Positions 46,420 to 58,082 of a stretch of DNA of 64,000 nt are shown here, piece after piece; position 1 is the stretch's first letter, and each line of letters opens with the position of its first letter. The notes under the pieces were generated by a model. It saw only the letters and a program-made list of their open reading frames with translations. It made no database searches and was not told where the DNA came from. Origin of the DNA: Dehalococcoidia bacterium (GTDB lineage Bacteria; Chloroflexota; Dehalococcoidia; UBA2979). Location of the stretch: positions 320,001 to 384,000 of the forward strand of contig OZ219872.1 of assembly GCA_964291495.2 (NCBI GenBank), read 5' to 3'. The translations under genes and the position numbers were made by a program.

Positions 46420-47895
46420 CTACGGCGTGGCGATGACCAGCGTCTCGGCGGCGCGCTGGGCCGCGTCGAGGAGCGGGTTGGGGACCAGGCCGAAGAACAG
46501 CACCGCGAGGGCGGCGAGGCCGAGCACCGCCTGCACGGGCGTGCTCGCGTGGAAGGGCGCCTCGTCCTCGGGCTCGTCGAGCACCATCGTGCGCACCCAG
46601 CGCAGGTAGTAGAACGCCGAGACGGCCGAGTTGAGCACGGCGATCACGACAAGCCAGACCAGCCAATCGTGCCCGGACTGGACCGCGCTGTTGAAGACGT
46701 ACAGCTTTGCGAGGAAGCCCGCGGCCGGCGGGATGCCCGTCAGCGAGAGCAGGCACAGCACCAGCACCGCGGCGACCAGCGGCGATCGCTTCATCAGGCC
46801 GGCGTAGCCGCTCACGTCCTCGACGCCGACCCGCTCGGCGACGACGATCACGCAGAGGAACGCCCCCACGTTCGTCGCCGCGTAGGCCCCGAGGAAGAAG
46901 AGCACCGCCGAGGGACCGGCGACGCTCCCGGCGGCCACCGCGGCGAGCCCGACCGCGATGTTGCCCGCCTGTGCGATCGAGGAGTAGGCGAGCAGCCGCT
47001 TCACGTTCGTCTGCAGGATCGCGGCGGCGTTGCCGAAGCACATCGAGGCCGCCGCCAGCACGGCGATCAACGCCGCCCAGTGCTCGGCGATGAAGGTGTC
47101 GCCCCCTCCGAGGCCGCCGTAGAAGATGCGCAGCGCCACCGCGAACCCCGCCGCTTTCGAGGCGACCGAGAGGAAGGTGGTGACGGTCGTCGGGGAGCCC
47201 TCGTAGACATCGGGCACCCACGCCTGGAAGGGCGCGATCGACATCTTGAAGCCGAGACCCGCCGCGACCAGCACGAAGCCGAGCACGAGCGCGAGCTGCG
47301 TCCCGTCCGACCCCGTCTGCACGAAGGCGGCGATGCCCTCGAGGGAGGTCGTCCCGGAGAGCCCGAACAGGAAGGCGAAGCCGTAGAGCAGCACGGCGGC
47401 GGCGACGGCGCCGCTCAGCAGGTACTTGATGCCCGCCTCGGAGGAGCGGTCGTCGCGGGCGATGCCGGCCAGCACGAACTGCGCGATCGAGGTGGTCTCG
47501 AGGGCGATGAAGATCGCGATCAGGTCGTTGGACTGCGCGAGCAGGACCATCGCGCCCGTCGCCGTCAGCAGCAGGGCGAAGAACTCGGGGCGGTGCTGGA
47601 CGCGCGCGAGGCCCTCGGAGGTGGCGATCACGACCGCGAGCGCGACGCCGATCAGCAGGAAGGCAAAGAACAGCGCGAAGCGGTCGACGACGACCGCGCC
47701 CGCGAGCGCGGGGCCGTCGATGCCGGAGACGGCCTGCACGATCGCCCAGACGCCCGCCGCGACCAGCACGAGGATGGTGATCGCGACGACGGGCGCGCGG
47801 CGCGGCGCGATCAGGTCGGCGGTCATCACGATGCCCGCGCCGAGCAGCAGCGCGAAGGCCGGGCCAATGTGGTGGATCTGCTCGTACCAGTTCAT
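46420..47895 (-). CDS. nuoN: NADH-quinone oxidoreductase subunit N
   Basis: EAGIKY, GFK....PF..W.PDVYEG.P, KRLLAYSSIA, SL.G.PP..GF..K. Confidence 0.94.
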   Translation of the reverse strand: MNWYEQIHHIGPAFALLLGAGIVMTADLIAPRRAPVVAITILVLVAAGVWAIVQAVSGIDGPALAGAVVVDRFALFFAFLLIGVALAVVIATSEGLARVQHRPEFFALLLTATGAMVLLAQSNDLIAIFIALETTSIAQFVLAGIARDDRSSEAGIKYLLSGAVAAAVLLYGFAFLFGLSGTTSLEGIAAFVQTGSDGTQLALVLGFVLVAAGLGFKMSIAPFQAWVPDVYEGSPTTVTTFLSVASKAAGFAVALRIFYGGLGGGDTFIAEHWAALIAVLAAASMCFGNAAAILQTNVKRLLAYSSIAQAGNIAVGLAAVAAGSVAGPSAVLFFLGAYAATNVGAFLCVIVVAERVGVEDVSGYAGLMKRSPLVAAVLVLCLLSLTGIPPAAGFLAKLYVFNSAVQSGHDWLVWLVVIAVLNSAVSAFYYLRWVRTMVLDEPEDEAPFHASTPVQAVLGLAALAVLFFGLVPNPLLDAAQRAAETLVIATP

Positions 47896-49363
47896 GCGGC
47901 CGCCTGCACGATCAGCGCGATCGGCTCGATGCCGATCTCGACCACGTCGGTAAGCAGTCGCGGGTAGACGCCGACGCCGATGATGAAGACCAGCATCGCG
48001 GCCATCGCGGCGAGCTCGTACCACTCGGTCGCGTCGCCGAGGCCGGACCAGCGCTCGTCGGCGGGGCCGGTGAAGACGCGCTGCACGGCCCAGAGGATGT
48101 AGCCCGCGGCCAGCACCACGCCGAAGACGGAGATGATCGTCGCCGCCGGGTGCACCTGGAGCGATCCGGCGAAGACGGCGAACTCGGCGACGAACCCGCT
48201 CAGTGCGGGCAGGCCGAGCGCGGCGAAGCCCGCGATGATCGCGACGAGGCCGAGGAGCGGCATCTGGTGCAGCAGCCCGCTCATGTCGGAGATCTGGCGC
48301 GTGTGCGTGCGGTCGTACATCACGCCGACGACGATGAAGAGCAGGCCGGTGATGACGCCGTGCGAGAACATCTGCAACGCCGCGCCAGAAAGCCCGGCCG
48401 CCCCCATCGCGGAGACGCCAAGCAGCACGTAGCCCATATGCGAGACCGAGGAGTAGGCGACGAGTCGCTTCAGATCGCGCTGCTGGAGCGTCAGGATCGC
48501 GCCGTAGATCACGGAGAAGGCGGCGATCGCCGCGAGGATCACCCGGAAGTCCTGCGCCTCGCCCGGAAGGATCGGCAGCACGATCCGCAGGATGCCGTAG
48601 CCGCCCATCTTCAGCAGCACGCCGGCCAGCATCACCGAGACCGCCGTCGGCGCGTCGGTGTGGGCGTCGGGCAGCCAGGTGTGCACCGGGAAGACCGGCA
48701 GCTTGACGAGGAAGGCGGCGATGATCAGCCAGAACACGATGCTCAGCGGGACCAGCGCCTCCGTCGGCGGATTGGCGGTGAGCGTGGCGATGTCGAACGT
48801 CCCCGCCTGGAGGCCAAGCACGAGGAACCCGGCGAGCATCAGCGCGGAGCCGGCCATCGTGAACAGCAGGAACTTCATCGCGCTGTAGCGCGGCCGCCCG
48901 CTGCCCCAGATGCTGATCAGCATGTACATCGGGAGCAGCTCCAGCTCCCAGAAGAAGAAGAACTGGATCAGGTCGAGCGAGGTGAAGACCCCGGCGACGG
49001 CGGTCTCCAGCAGCAGCAGCCAGGCGAAGTACTCCTTGACCCGCAGGTCGATGCGCCAGGAGACCAGCACCGAGGCCAGCCCGAGCAGCCCCGTGAGCAG
49101 CACCAGCGGCGCCGAGAGGCCGTCCACGCCGAGCACGTACTGCACCGCGAACCCGGTGTCGCCCGCACGGATCCACTCGAAGTGGTCGACCATCTGGTAG
49201 CCCTCGGCGGCGTGGTCGAGGCGGGCGAAGATCACGATGCCGACGATGAAGGTGATCGTGCTGAAGAAGAGCGCGATCCAGCGCGCGTCGGCCGTGCGGT
49301 GGCGCGGCAGCGTCGCGATCAGCAGGGCCCCGACGGCCGGCAGGAAGACGAAGACCGACAGCA

Positions 49364-49364
<1 letters not shown>
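47892..49364 (-). CDS. nuoM: NADH-quinone oxidoreductase subunit M
   Basis: GVDGLS, FWE..L.P, KLP.FP.HTWLPDAH..APT, LLKMG.YG, AYSSVSHMG. Confidence 0.95.
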
Positions 49365-51319
<1,955 letters not shown>

Positions 51320-51365
51320 CAGACCTCGCCAGCGTCCCTTCGGCTGCGCTGTGTACGCATCGCCG

Positions 51366-51554
51366 CTAGATCTTGTTCAGCACTTCGCGGGCGACGTGGG
51401 TCTTTCCGTCGGGCGCCCAGATTTCGCGCGGCGCGGACATCGGGCCGACCTCGAGGGGCGGCACGATGCGCACGGAGACGGCTTCCGTATTGAACAGCTC
51501 CCACCACATGGCGGCGGCGTAGCCGTCGGGCGCATCCATGAACTTGACCCACAT
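51366..51554 (-). CDS. Small soluble protein (DUF2007-like) inserted between nuoK and nuoL
   Basis: 62 aa W..V..A.....A.....L..E.V...V...A.E.L pattern; AAGGGG RBS 9 nt after the nuoK stop region. Confidence 0.7.
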   Translation of the reverse strand: MWVKFMDAPDGYAAAMWWELFNTEAVSVRIVPPLEVGPMSAPREIWAPDGKTHVAREVLNKI

Positions 51555-51563
51555 ACGCGCCCC

Positions 51564-51890
51564 TTACCAGCGCATCAGGTTGATGCGATCGAGGTCGACC
51601 GTCTCGCGCCGCCGGTAGATCAGCACCGCCATTGCCAGCGCGACTGCGGCCTCGGCCGCCGCGACGGTGAGCACGAAGACGACGAAGACGTGACCGGCCA
51701 GCGGCGCCTCGGCGCCGTCGAACGCGCCGCCGAAGCGCGAGAAGGCGAGGAAAGTGAGGTTGACGCCGTTGAGCATCAGCTCGACACCCATGAGGACGGC
51801 GATCGCGTTGCGCTTGGAGAGCGCGATCGCGATGCCGGCGCCGAAGATCATCGCGCCGACGGTCAGGTAGTGGGCCAGCTCGACGCTCAT
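51564..51890 (-). CDS. nuoK: NADH-quinone oxidoreductase subunit K
   Basis: RN...LM..ELMLN, VAAAEAAV.LA. Confidence 0.95.
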   Translation of the reverse strand: MSVELAHYLTVGAMIFGAGIAIALSKRNAIAVLMGVELMLNGVNLTFLAFSRFGGAFDGAEAPLAGHVFVVFVLTVAAAEAAVALAMAVLIYRRRETVDLDRINLMRW

Positions 51891-52402
51891 GCCGGCTCGT
51901 CCTCTCGCACCAGCACGATCGCGCCGATCAGCGCGGCGAGCAGCAGCACAGAGGCGACCTCGAAGGCCAGCACGTAGCGCCCCATCAGCGCGTCGCCGAT
52001 CGCGTCAGCCGTGGTCGCGAACGACTGGCCGGCGAGCGCGGCGCTGCCGAGCGCGCCCCAGTCGGCATCGATCGCCACGATCGCCACGATCACGGCGAAG
52101 GCGCCGCCGAGCAGCACGCCGGGCACGACGTAGAGCGAGTTGCCGTTGTCGCGCCCCGCGAGCGGGGTGAGCATCACGGCGAAGACCATCAGCACGGGAA
52201 TCGCGCCGGCGTAGATGAGCACCTGCGCGACGGCGATGAAGTCCGCGGAGAGCGTGACGAAGAGGCCCGCGGTCGCGACAAAGGAGAGCACGAGCAGCGC
52301 GACGGCGTGGATCAGGTTCCTCGCGAGGAAGACGCCGACGGCGGAGCCGACCGCGATCGCGGAGAGCAGCCAGAAGGCGACGATGATGCCGGCGGAGTCC
52401 AT
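51887..52402 (-). CDS. nuoJ: NADH-quinone oxidoreductase subunit J
   Basis: A..Q.LIYAGAI.VL..F..ML, Y...FE..SVLLL.ALIGAI; ATG overlaps nuoH TGA. Confidence 0.93.
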   Translation of the reverse strand: MDSAGIIVAFWLLSAIAVGSAVGVFLARNLIHAVALLVLSFVATAGLFVTLSADFIAVAQVLIYAGAIPVLMVFAVMLTPLAGRDNGNSLYVVPGVLLGGAFAVIVAIVAIDADWGALGSAALAGQSFATTADAIGDALMGRYVLAFEVASVLLLAALIGAIVLVREDEPA

Positions 52403-53829
52403 CAGGCCTGCGTCCCCATCTCCGATGCAAGCCGCCGCGCGGCCTGTAGCCCGCCGACGCCCTGGGTGAGGATCGGTTGCCGCACCGCCTCGCGCTCGGG
52501 GCGGTAGCCCATGCGGCGCGCCCACTCGCGCACGAGGATGATCGCGGCCGCCCAGTTGACGATGGCAAAGAGCCCGAGGCTGACGATGCCCTCGACCTCC
52601 CAGCGCGCGAAGATCGAGGCCTGCACCGCAACGACGAGCAGGTTGATGAGCGAGAGCGGGATCAGGAACTGCCAGGCGAACTTCATCAGTTGGTCCAGGC
52701 GGAAGCGCGGCAGCGTGCCGCGCAGCCAGATGAGCAGGAAGTAGGCCGCCGAGATCTTCGCGCCGAGGATCAGGTAGCCCGGTACCCACTCCTCGAGGCC
52801 GAACAGCGACCAGCCGCCGAGGAACAGCGTCGCCGTCAGCGCCGCGACGAAGAGCGCGTTGCCCAGCTCGACGGCGTAGAACAGCCCGAACTTCATCCCG
52901 GAGTACTCGGTGTGGAAGCCCGCGACGATCTCGGACTCGGCCTCGGCGATGTCGTTGGGCGTGCGGTTCAGCTCGGCCGTCGAGGAGAAGAAGTAGGTGA
53001 ACATCGCCAGCGGCAGCAGCGCGGCGAGCCAGACGTTGTGGGTCGACTGCCACTCGACGATCGTCGAGAGCTGCATCGAGCCGCTGAGCAGCACGACGGA
53101 GAGCAGCGCGATCGAGAGCGGGATCTCGTAGGAGATCATCATCGCGATCGTGCGCATCGCGCCGAGCAGCGCGTAGTGGTTATTCGACGACCAGCCGGCC
53201 ATGAAGATCGCCAGCGTGGTAAGCGAGCTGATGGCGATCAGGAAGAGGATGCCGACGTGCACGTCGAGGTACGACATCTGCGCGCCCCAGGGGATCGGGC
53301 CCCAGGCGACGATCATCGGGATGAAGATCAGCGCGGGCGGCAGGAAGAAGAGCACCTTGTCCGCGCCGCGCGGCATCAGCACTTCCTTCTGGATCAGCTT
53401 GACCGCGTCGGCGATCGGCTGGAGCAGGCCGTAGGGCCCGACGCGGTTCGGTCCGCGGCGGATCTGCATCCGGCCGATCAGCCGTCGCTCGACCCAGATC
53501 AGGATCAGCAGCGTGCCTCCGACGATGCTGAGGATGCCGGTCGCGCCGAGCAGCGCGGTGACGGCGTACGAGATCCAGTGCTGGCCGAGGAAGTCGAGGA
53601 TGCCCGGTTGGTCGGCGTTGCGGTCGTCGAGCCACTCGCGCAGCCCCTGCACGCCGATCCCGAGGTCGCGCACGTCGTACCACTGCCCGTCGAGCCGCCC
53701 GTCGATCACGACGTAGCCGATGACGACGTTGACGGCGACGAACCCGAGCGCAACGACAGCGCCGAGCGCCATCAGCGCGCGCGGGACCGTGCGCTCCGGC
53801 AGCCGGCGGCCGATCCGCAGCGAGCTCAT
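52402..53829 (-). CDS. nuoH: NADH-quinone oxidoreductase subunit H (N- and C-terminally extended)
   Basis: ERR....Q.R.GPNRVG..GLLQ..AD..KL..KE, SYE, E.NR.P.D..EAE.E..AG..TEYSG, RF..DQLM. Confidence 0.95.
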   Translation of the reverse strand: MSSLRIGRRLPERTVPRALMALGAVVALGFVAVNVVIGYVVIDGRLDGQWYDVRDLGIGVQGLREWLDDRNADQPGILDFLGQHWISYAVTALLGATGILSIVGGTLLILIWVERRLIGRMQIRRGPNRVGPYGLLQPIADAVKLIQKEVLMPRGADKVLFFLPPALIFIPMIVAWGPIPWGAQMSYLDVHVGILFLIAISSLTTLAIFMAGWSSNNHYALLGAMRTIAMMISYEIPLSIALLSVVLLSGSMQLSTIVEWQSTHNVWLAALLPLAMFTYFFSSTAELNRTPNDIAEAESEIVAGFHTEYSGMKFGLFYAVELGNALFVAALTATLFLGGWSLFGLEEWVPGYLILGAKISAAYFLLIWLRGTLPRFRLDQLMKFAWQFLIPLSLINLLVVAVQASIFARWEVEGIVSLGLFAIVNWAAAIILVREWARRMGYRPEREAVRQPILTQGVGGLQAARRLASEMGTQA

Positions 53830-54929
53830 CGGTCGATCTCCCCAACCACGATGTCGACGGAGCCGAGCGCGACGATCGCGTCCGGCAGCGACGCGCCGAT
53901 CGCCATCTCGCGCAGCAGCGAGAGGTTGATCAGCGAGGGCGCGCGGATGTGGAAGCGGAACGGGGCCGAGCCGCCGTCGGAAACCACGTAGAAGCCAAGC
54001 TCGCCGCGAGGGCCCTCGACGCGGGCGTAGGCCTCGCCGGGGTCGGGGCGCAACGCGAGCGGGATCTGCGTCTTGTGCGGGCCCGAGGGCAGCGCGTCGA
54101 GCGCCTGGCGGATGATCTTCGTCGACTGGCGGACCTCCTCGAGGCGCACGAGGAAGCGGTCATACGCGTCGCCCTGGCGGCCGACGGGGATGTCGAAGTC
54201 GAAGCGGTCGTAGACGCAGTAGGGCTCGGCCTTGCGCAGGTCCCAGGGCACGCCCGAGCCGCGCAGCATCGGCCCGACGAGCGAGCCGTTGATCGCGTCC
54301 TCGGCGGAGATGATGCCGACCCCGCGCCCGCGCGCGAGCAGGATCTCGTTGTCGACCAGCAGCTCCGCGTACTCCTCGATGCGCTCGGGCAACTCGTCGA
54401 CCAGCGATTCGATCGCCGGGTAGAACTCGTCGGGCGGATCGAAGGCGACGCCGCCGATGCGCATGTAGTTGGTCGTGAGGCGTGCGCCGCAGGTCATCTC
54501 GAACAGATCGAGGATGCGCTCGCGCTCGCGGAACATGTACATGAGCGGCGTCTGCCAGGCGCCGGCGTCGTTGACGAACGTGCCGTTCGCCATCGAGTGG
54601 CTGGCGATGCGCTGCAGCTCCGCGAAGATCACGCGCAGGTAGGAGGCGCGCTCCGGCACCTCGACGCCCGCGAGGCGCTCCACCGCCAGGCAGTAGCCGA
54701 GGTTGCCGCTCATCGCCGCCAGGTAGTCGGCGCGGTCGGTGAAGGGGATGTTCTGCGTGTAGGTGCGCTCCTCGGCCAGCTTCTCCATCGAGCGGTGGAG
54801 GTAGCCGACCACCATCTCGACGTCCTGGATGCGCTCGCCGTCCATCACGACGCGCAGGCGGAAGACCCCGTGCGTCGAGGGGTGCTGGGGCCCGATGTTC
54901 AGGACGTACGGCTCGGTCGCGGTGGTCAT
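53826..54929 (-). CDS. nuoD: NADH-quinone oxidoreductase subunit D
   Basis: NIGPQHPSTHGV.R, GYLHR..EK, DR.DY, E.PRGE, R.PS, D.V.GE.DR; no NiFe CxxC motifs. Confidence 0.95.
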   Translation of the reverse strand: MTTATEPYVLNIGPQHPSTHGVFRLRVVMDGERIQDVEMVVGYLHRSMEKLAEERTYTQNIPFTDRADYLAAMSGNLGYCLAVERLAGVEVPERASYLRVIFAELQRIASHSMANGTFVNDAGAWQTPLMYMFRERERILDLFEMTCGARLTTNYMRIGGVAFDPPDEFYPAIESLVDELPERIEEYAELLVDNEILLARGRGVGIISAEDAINGSLVGPMLRGSGVPWDLRKAEPYCVYDRFDFDIPVGRQGDAYDRFLVRLEEVRQSTKIIRQALDALPSGPHKTQIPLALRPDPGEAYARVEGPRGELGFYVVSDGGSAPFRFHIRAPSLINLSLLREMAIGASLPDAIVALGSVDIVVGEIDR

Positions 54930-54939
54930 CGCTGCACCG

Positions 54940-55455
54940 TCATCGCGCCTGCACTCCGGACTCCTCGAAGGGGAACTTTGGCAGGCCGGGGTGGTGTTCG
55001 GGGATCTGCAGGAAGTCCTTGCGCAGCGGGAAGCCCGGGTAGCCCTCCCAGAGGAACATGCGGCGCAGGTCCGGGTGGCCCTCGAAGCGCACGCCCATCA
55101 GGTCGTAGACCTCCCGTTCCTGCAGCAGCGCGCCCTTGTAGACGCCGGTGGCGCTGGGCAGCGAGGGCTCCTCGTGCTCGCCAACGATCGCCTTCACGAC
55201 GATCTGGTGGTTCCGGTCGAGCGACTGCAGGTGGTAGACGACCTCGAAGCGGTCGTAGCGGTCGACGGCACAGAGGTTGCTGAGCTGGCGCGCGTCGAGG
55301 TCGGCGTCATCGTGGAGGAAGCGCAGCACCTCGGCGATGCGCTCGGGGCGGACCTCCACCCACTCCTCGGTGGCGCGCAGGATGGCGTCGGGTACGGCGG
55401 CGGCGAGGGGCGCCGCGACGGCCTCGCCGCTCAGCTGCCGGGGGCCCGCCGGCAC
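54940..55455 (-). CDS. nuoC: NADH-quinone oxidoreductase subunit C
   Basis: VD....FEVVYHL, ERE.YDLMG..F.GHPDLRR, PLRKDF. Confidence 0.95.
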   Translation of the reverse strand: MPAGPRQLSGEAVAAPLAAAVPDAILRATEEWVEVRPERIAEVLRFLHDDADLDARQLSNLCAVDRYDRFEVVYHLQSLDRNHQIVVKAIVGEHEEPSLPSATGVYKGALLQEREVYDLMGVRFEGHPDLRRMFLWEGYPGFPLRKDFLQIPEHHPGLPKFPFEESGVQAR

Positions 55456-55456
55456 G

Positions 55457-55831
55457 CTAGCGCCACTCCAGCGCGCCGCGCCGCCAGGCGTAGGCGAGGC
55501 CGAAGGCGAGCACGCCGACGAAGATCGCGGCCTTGAACAGCGCGTCCGTGTTGAGCACTCCGTGCTGCAACGCCCACGGGTAGAGGAAGACGACCTCCAC
55601 GTCGAAGATCACGAAGCCGAGCGCGAACAGGTAGTAGCGGGCGTTGAACTGGCCCCAGGCGTTGCCCTCGGACTCGACCCCGCACTCGTAGGTCGCGTGC
55701 TTGATCGGGTCGGGGTTCTGGGGGCGACGCCGCAGCAGGTAGAAGGCGAACGAGGCGACGAGCGGGAGCGCGGGGAAGACGACGCCCAGGACAATCAGTA
55801 CCCCGACGCGTCCGAACAGCTCTGGAATCAC
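55457..55831 (-). CDS. nuoA: NADH-quinone oxidoreductase subunit A
   Basis: K...YECG, YY..A..F.IFDVE..FLYPWA, GAL.W; GTG start after GAGGAG. Confidence 0.94.
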   Translation of the reverse strand: MIPELFGRVGVLIVLGVVFPALPLVASFAFYLLRRRPQNPDPIKHATYECGVESEGNAWGQFNARYYLFALGFVIFDVEVVFLYPWALQHGVLNTDALFKAAIFVGVLAFGLAYAWRRGALEWR

Positions 55832-55956
55832 CCGCGCGCGCTCCTCAGCGGCCCCCAACGACGTGGTTGCGCGTCCCCGGAACAGGGGATCCCGTAACCC
55901 GCGATCGGGCCCCGAACCGCTCGGCCCGGCATCGAGCGAGAAGGTAGCATCGGCCC

Positions 55957-56562
55957 CTACAGCGCGCCAGCGCCCGGAGCTTCGCCCTGGCCCTGCTCGC
56001 TCCCCTCCGAGGCGGCGCGCTCCTGCAGCGCGTACTCCTCGCGGCTGATCTCCATCCGCTCGAAGTCGTAGCCGTCGCGCCGGACGGAGCGGAGGCGGCG
56101 GAAGCCGGCCCGCCGGAAGGCATGCTGGGCGCGGGTGTTCGTGGTCAGCGTGTGAAGGTAGACCCGCCGCAGCTCCAGCTCCGCGAAGAGGTGCCCGAGC
56201 AGGCAGCGCACGGCCTCGCTGCCGTAGCCCCTCGACCAGTACGCCCGCTCCCCGATCGTGATGCCCAGCTCCGCCTCTCCGAGGTACGAGTCATACCCGT
56301 AGTACATCACGTTGCCGATGTGCCGCCCGCTCTCGCGGTCCTCGATCGCGAACGTGCGCCGGAACTTGGAGGGGCGGCGCAGATCCTCGGTGATGGTCGC
56401 CGTGTAGGCGCGGAAGGTCATCGTGATCGGGCGGGTCGCGTCGTAATCGGCGAGCTCGCGGTCCTTGCGCCAGCTGTAGTCCCGCCAGGCGTCCTCGATC
56501 TGCTTCTCGCGCAGGCGCACGAGGCGGCCCTCGGCGATCACGCGCGGCGCGGTGGCGGTCAT
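55957..56562 (-). CDS. GNAT acetyltransferase (RimJ/RimL-like)
   Basis: AELGI.IG...W.RGYG.EA, L.RVYL.....N.RA...F.R.GF. Confidence 0.88.
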   Translation of the reverse strand: MTATAPRVIAEGRLVRLREKQIEDAWRDYSWRKDRELADYDATRPITMTFRAYTATITEDLRRPSKFRRTFAIEDRESGRHIGNVMYYGYDSYLGEAELGITIGERAYWSRGYGSEAVRCLLGHLFAELELRRVYLHTLTTNTRAQHAFRRAGFRRLRSVRRDGYDFERMEISREEYALQERAASEGSEQGQGEAPGAGAL

Positions 56563-57020
56563 CGCGCCGCCTCCGCGCCTGCCAGCGCCTCGATCGCGCG
56601 CTCGACGATCGCCCGCTCGTTGGGATATGTCATCCGCTTGCACGCCTCGTGCGCGTCGTACCACTCGACGAGATCGTACTCGCCGTCGTGGCCTGCGAGG
56701 TCGCCGCCGGTCGGCTGCATCAGGTAGTGGTGCACGGCCTTGTAGACGCGCCCGGGCCTGCCCGGCACCTCGTAGGTGTAGCGGATTGAGCCGATCGGTT
56801 TGCGCCCGTCGATGGCGACCTGCAGCCCGGTCTCCTCGGAGACCTCGCGCAGGGCGGTCTGCTCGACGCTCTCGCCGGGCTCCGGCTTGCCCTTGGGCAA
56901 CGCCCAGAGCCGCTCGCGCGGCCGCGCCACGAGCACGACCTCGAGGCCGGAGTCCCCGCCGCGCCGGTAGACGACGCCGCCCGCCGACCAGATCTCGCGC
57001 ACGCCGTCCTCGGAACTCAC
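56559..57020 (-). CDS. NUDIX hydrolase
   Basis: SAGGVV, W.LPKG..E.GE....A.REV.EETG Nudix box. Confidence 0.92.
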   Translation of the reverse strand: MSSEDGVREIWSAGGVVYRRGGDSGLEVVLVARPRERLWALPKGKPEPGESVEQTALREVSEETGLQVAIDGRKPIGSIRYTYEVPGRPGRVYKAVHHYLMQPTGGDLAGHDGEYDLVEWYDAHEACKRMTYPNERAIVERAIEALAGAEAAR

Positions 57021-58033
57021 GGCGCGCCGGTCCAGGGCAACGGCGCTTCGCCCTCGAAGTCGACCGACATCATCCGCGCCTCCTCGGCGGCGAGCTGGGC
57101 CGCTTCGACGATGTGCGGTTCGGGACTGCGGAGCAGATCCTGCAGGATCTGCTCCGCGCGGTCGCCGGCAATCTCGCCCAGCGCGCGGATCGCCGCCACC
57201 TGCACCTCTTCCTCCTCGTCCTCGAGTAGCAGCGTCAGCGGCTCGACGGCGGCCTCGAGCAGCAGATTGCCGGCGGAGAGCGCGGCGGCTGCGCGCACGT
57301 CCTCGTCCTCGTCCTCGAAGGTCTGGATCAGCACGGGCAGCCAGTCGTCGGAACCGTGGCGGCCTATCGCCTCGACGGCGGCGCGGCGCAGCCGCGTGCT
57401 GCCCATCTCGTAGTGCTCGGCGATCAGCTCGGCCACCCACTCCTCGGAGGACGCTCCGAGCGCGGCCAGCGCGCTGCCGCACACCTCGTCCTCCTCCGTC
57501 ACGTCCTCAACGCGGTCGCGCAGCCCCTCGAGCAGGCGCTCGCCGAGATCGACCGGCAGCACCCCGAACTCGTTGCCGACCACGAAGCTCGCGAGGCTCT
57601 CGGCGGCGGCGGCCCGCACGCTCGCCTCAGCGTCGTCGCGCACGATGTCGAGCAACACGGCCGCGTACTCGGGACGCTCGCTCTCCCAGAGCCCGCGGAT
57701 CGCGAGGATGCGCGTCGCGGTGTCCGGGTCGTACAGCGCGGAGAGCTGGATGCGCTCGAACTCCAGCGTCGCGTCCTCCTCGGAGAGCTGGTGGAGCGCC
57801 GCGAGGAAGTCGCGTCGCCGGTTCGGCGTGAGACGGCTCCAGAGCGCCAGGGCGCGGCCCGCAGTGGCGTCGTCCGGATTGCTCAGCGCCGGCAGGTCGG
57901 CGAAGGGGATCGGGCGCGTCTCGTCCGCGATCGCGGCGAGGACCTCGGCGGGAGGCGGGTACGCGCGCGGCGACTCGTCCGCGAACGGATCGAGGCCGTC
58001 AGCGGCGCCATCCGTCGGTTCGGGAGGACTCAT
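57017..58033 (-). CDS. HEAT-repeat protein
   Basis: Repeated D....VR.AA..ALG acidic helical repeats. Confidence 0.8.
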   Translation of the reverse strand: MSPPEPTDGAADGLDPFADESPRAYPPPAEVLAAIADETRPIPFADLPALSNPDDATAGRALALWSRLTPNRRRDFLAALHQLSEEDATLEFERIQLSALYDPDTATRILAIRGLWESERPEYAAVLLDIVRDDAEASVRAAAAESLASFVVGNEFGVLPVDLGERLLEGLRDRVEDVTEEDEVCGSALAALGASSEEWVAELIAEHYEMGSTRLRRAAVEAIGRHGSDDWLPVLIQTFEDEDEDVRAAAALSAGNLLLEAAVEPLTLLLEDEEEEVQVAAIRALGEIAGDRAEQILQDLLRSPEPHIVEAAQLAAEEARMMSVDFEGEAPLPWTGAP

Positions 58034-58082
58034 GGGCGACCTCCGACGGCAGTCTATCAGCGCCCACCGCCACGGTCCGCCG

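Noticed and set aside
53826-54929. Possibility that the nuo-like operon encodes a group 4 [NiFe]-hydrogenase
   Set aside because: Large subunit lacks both CxxC Ni-binding motifs and retains the NuoD quinone-site HPSTHG and DY motifs
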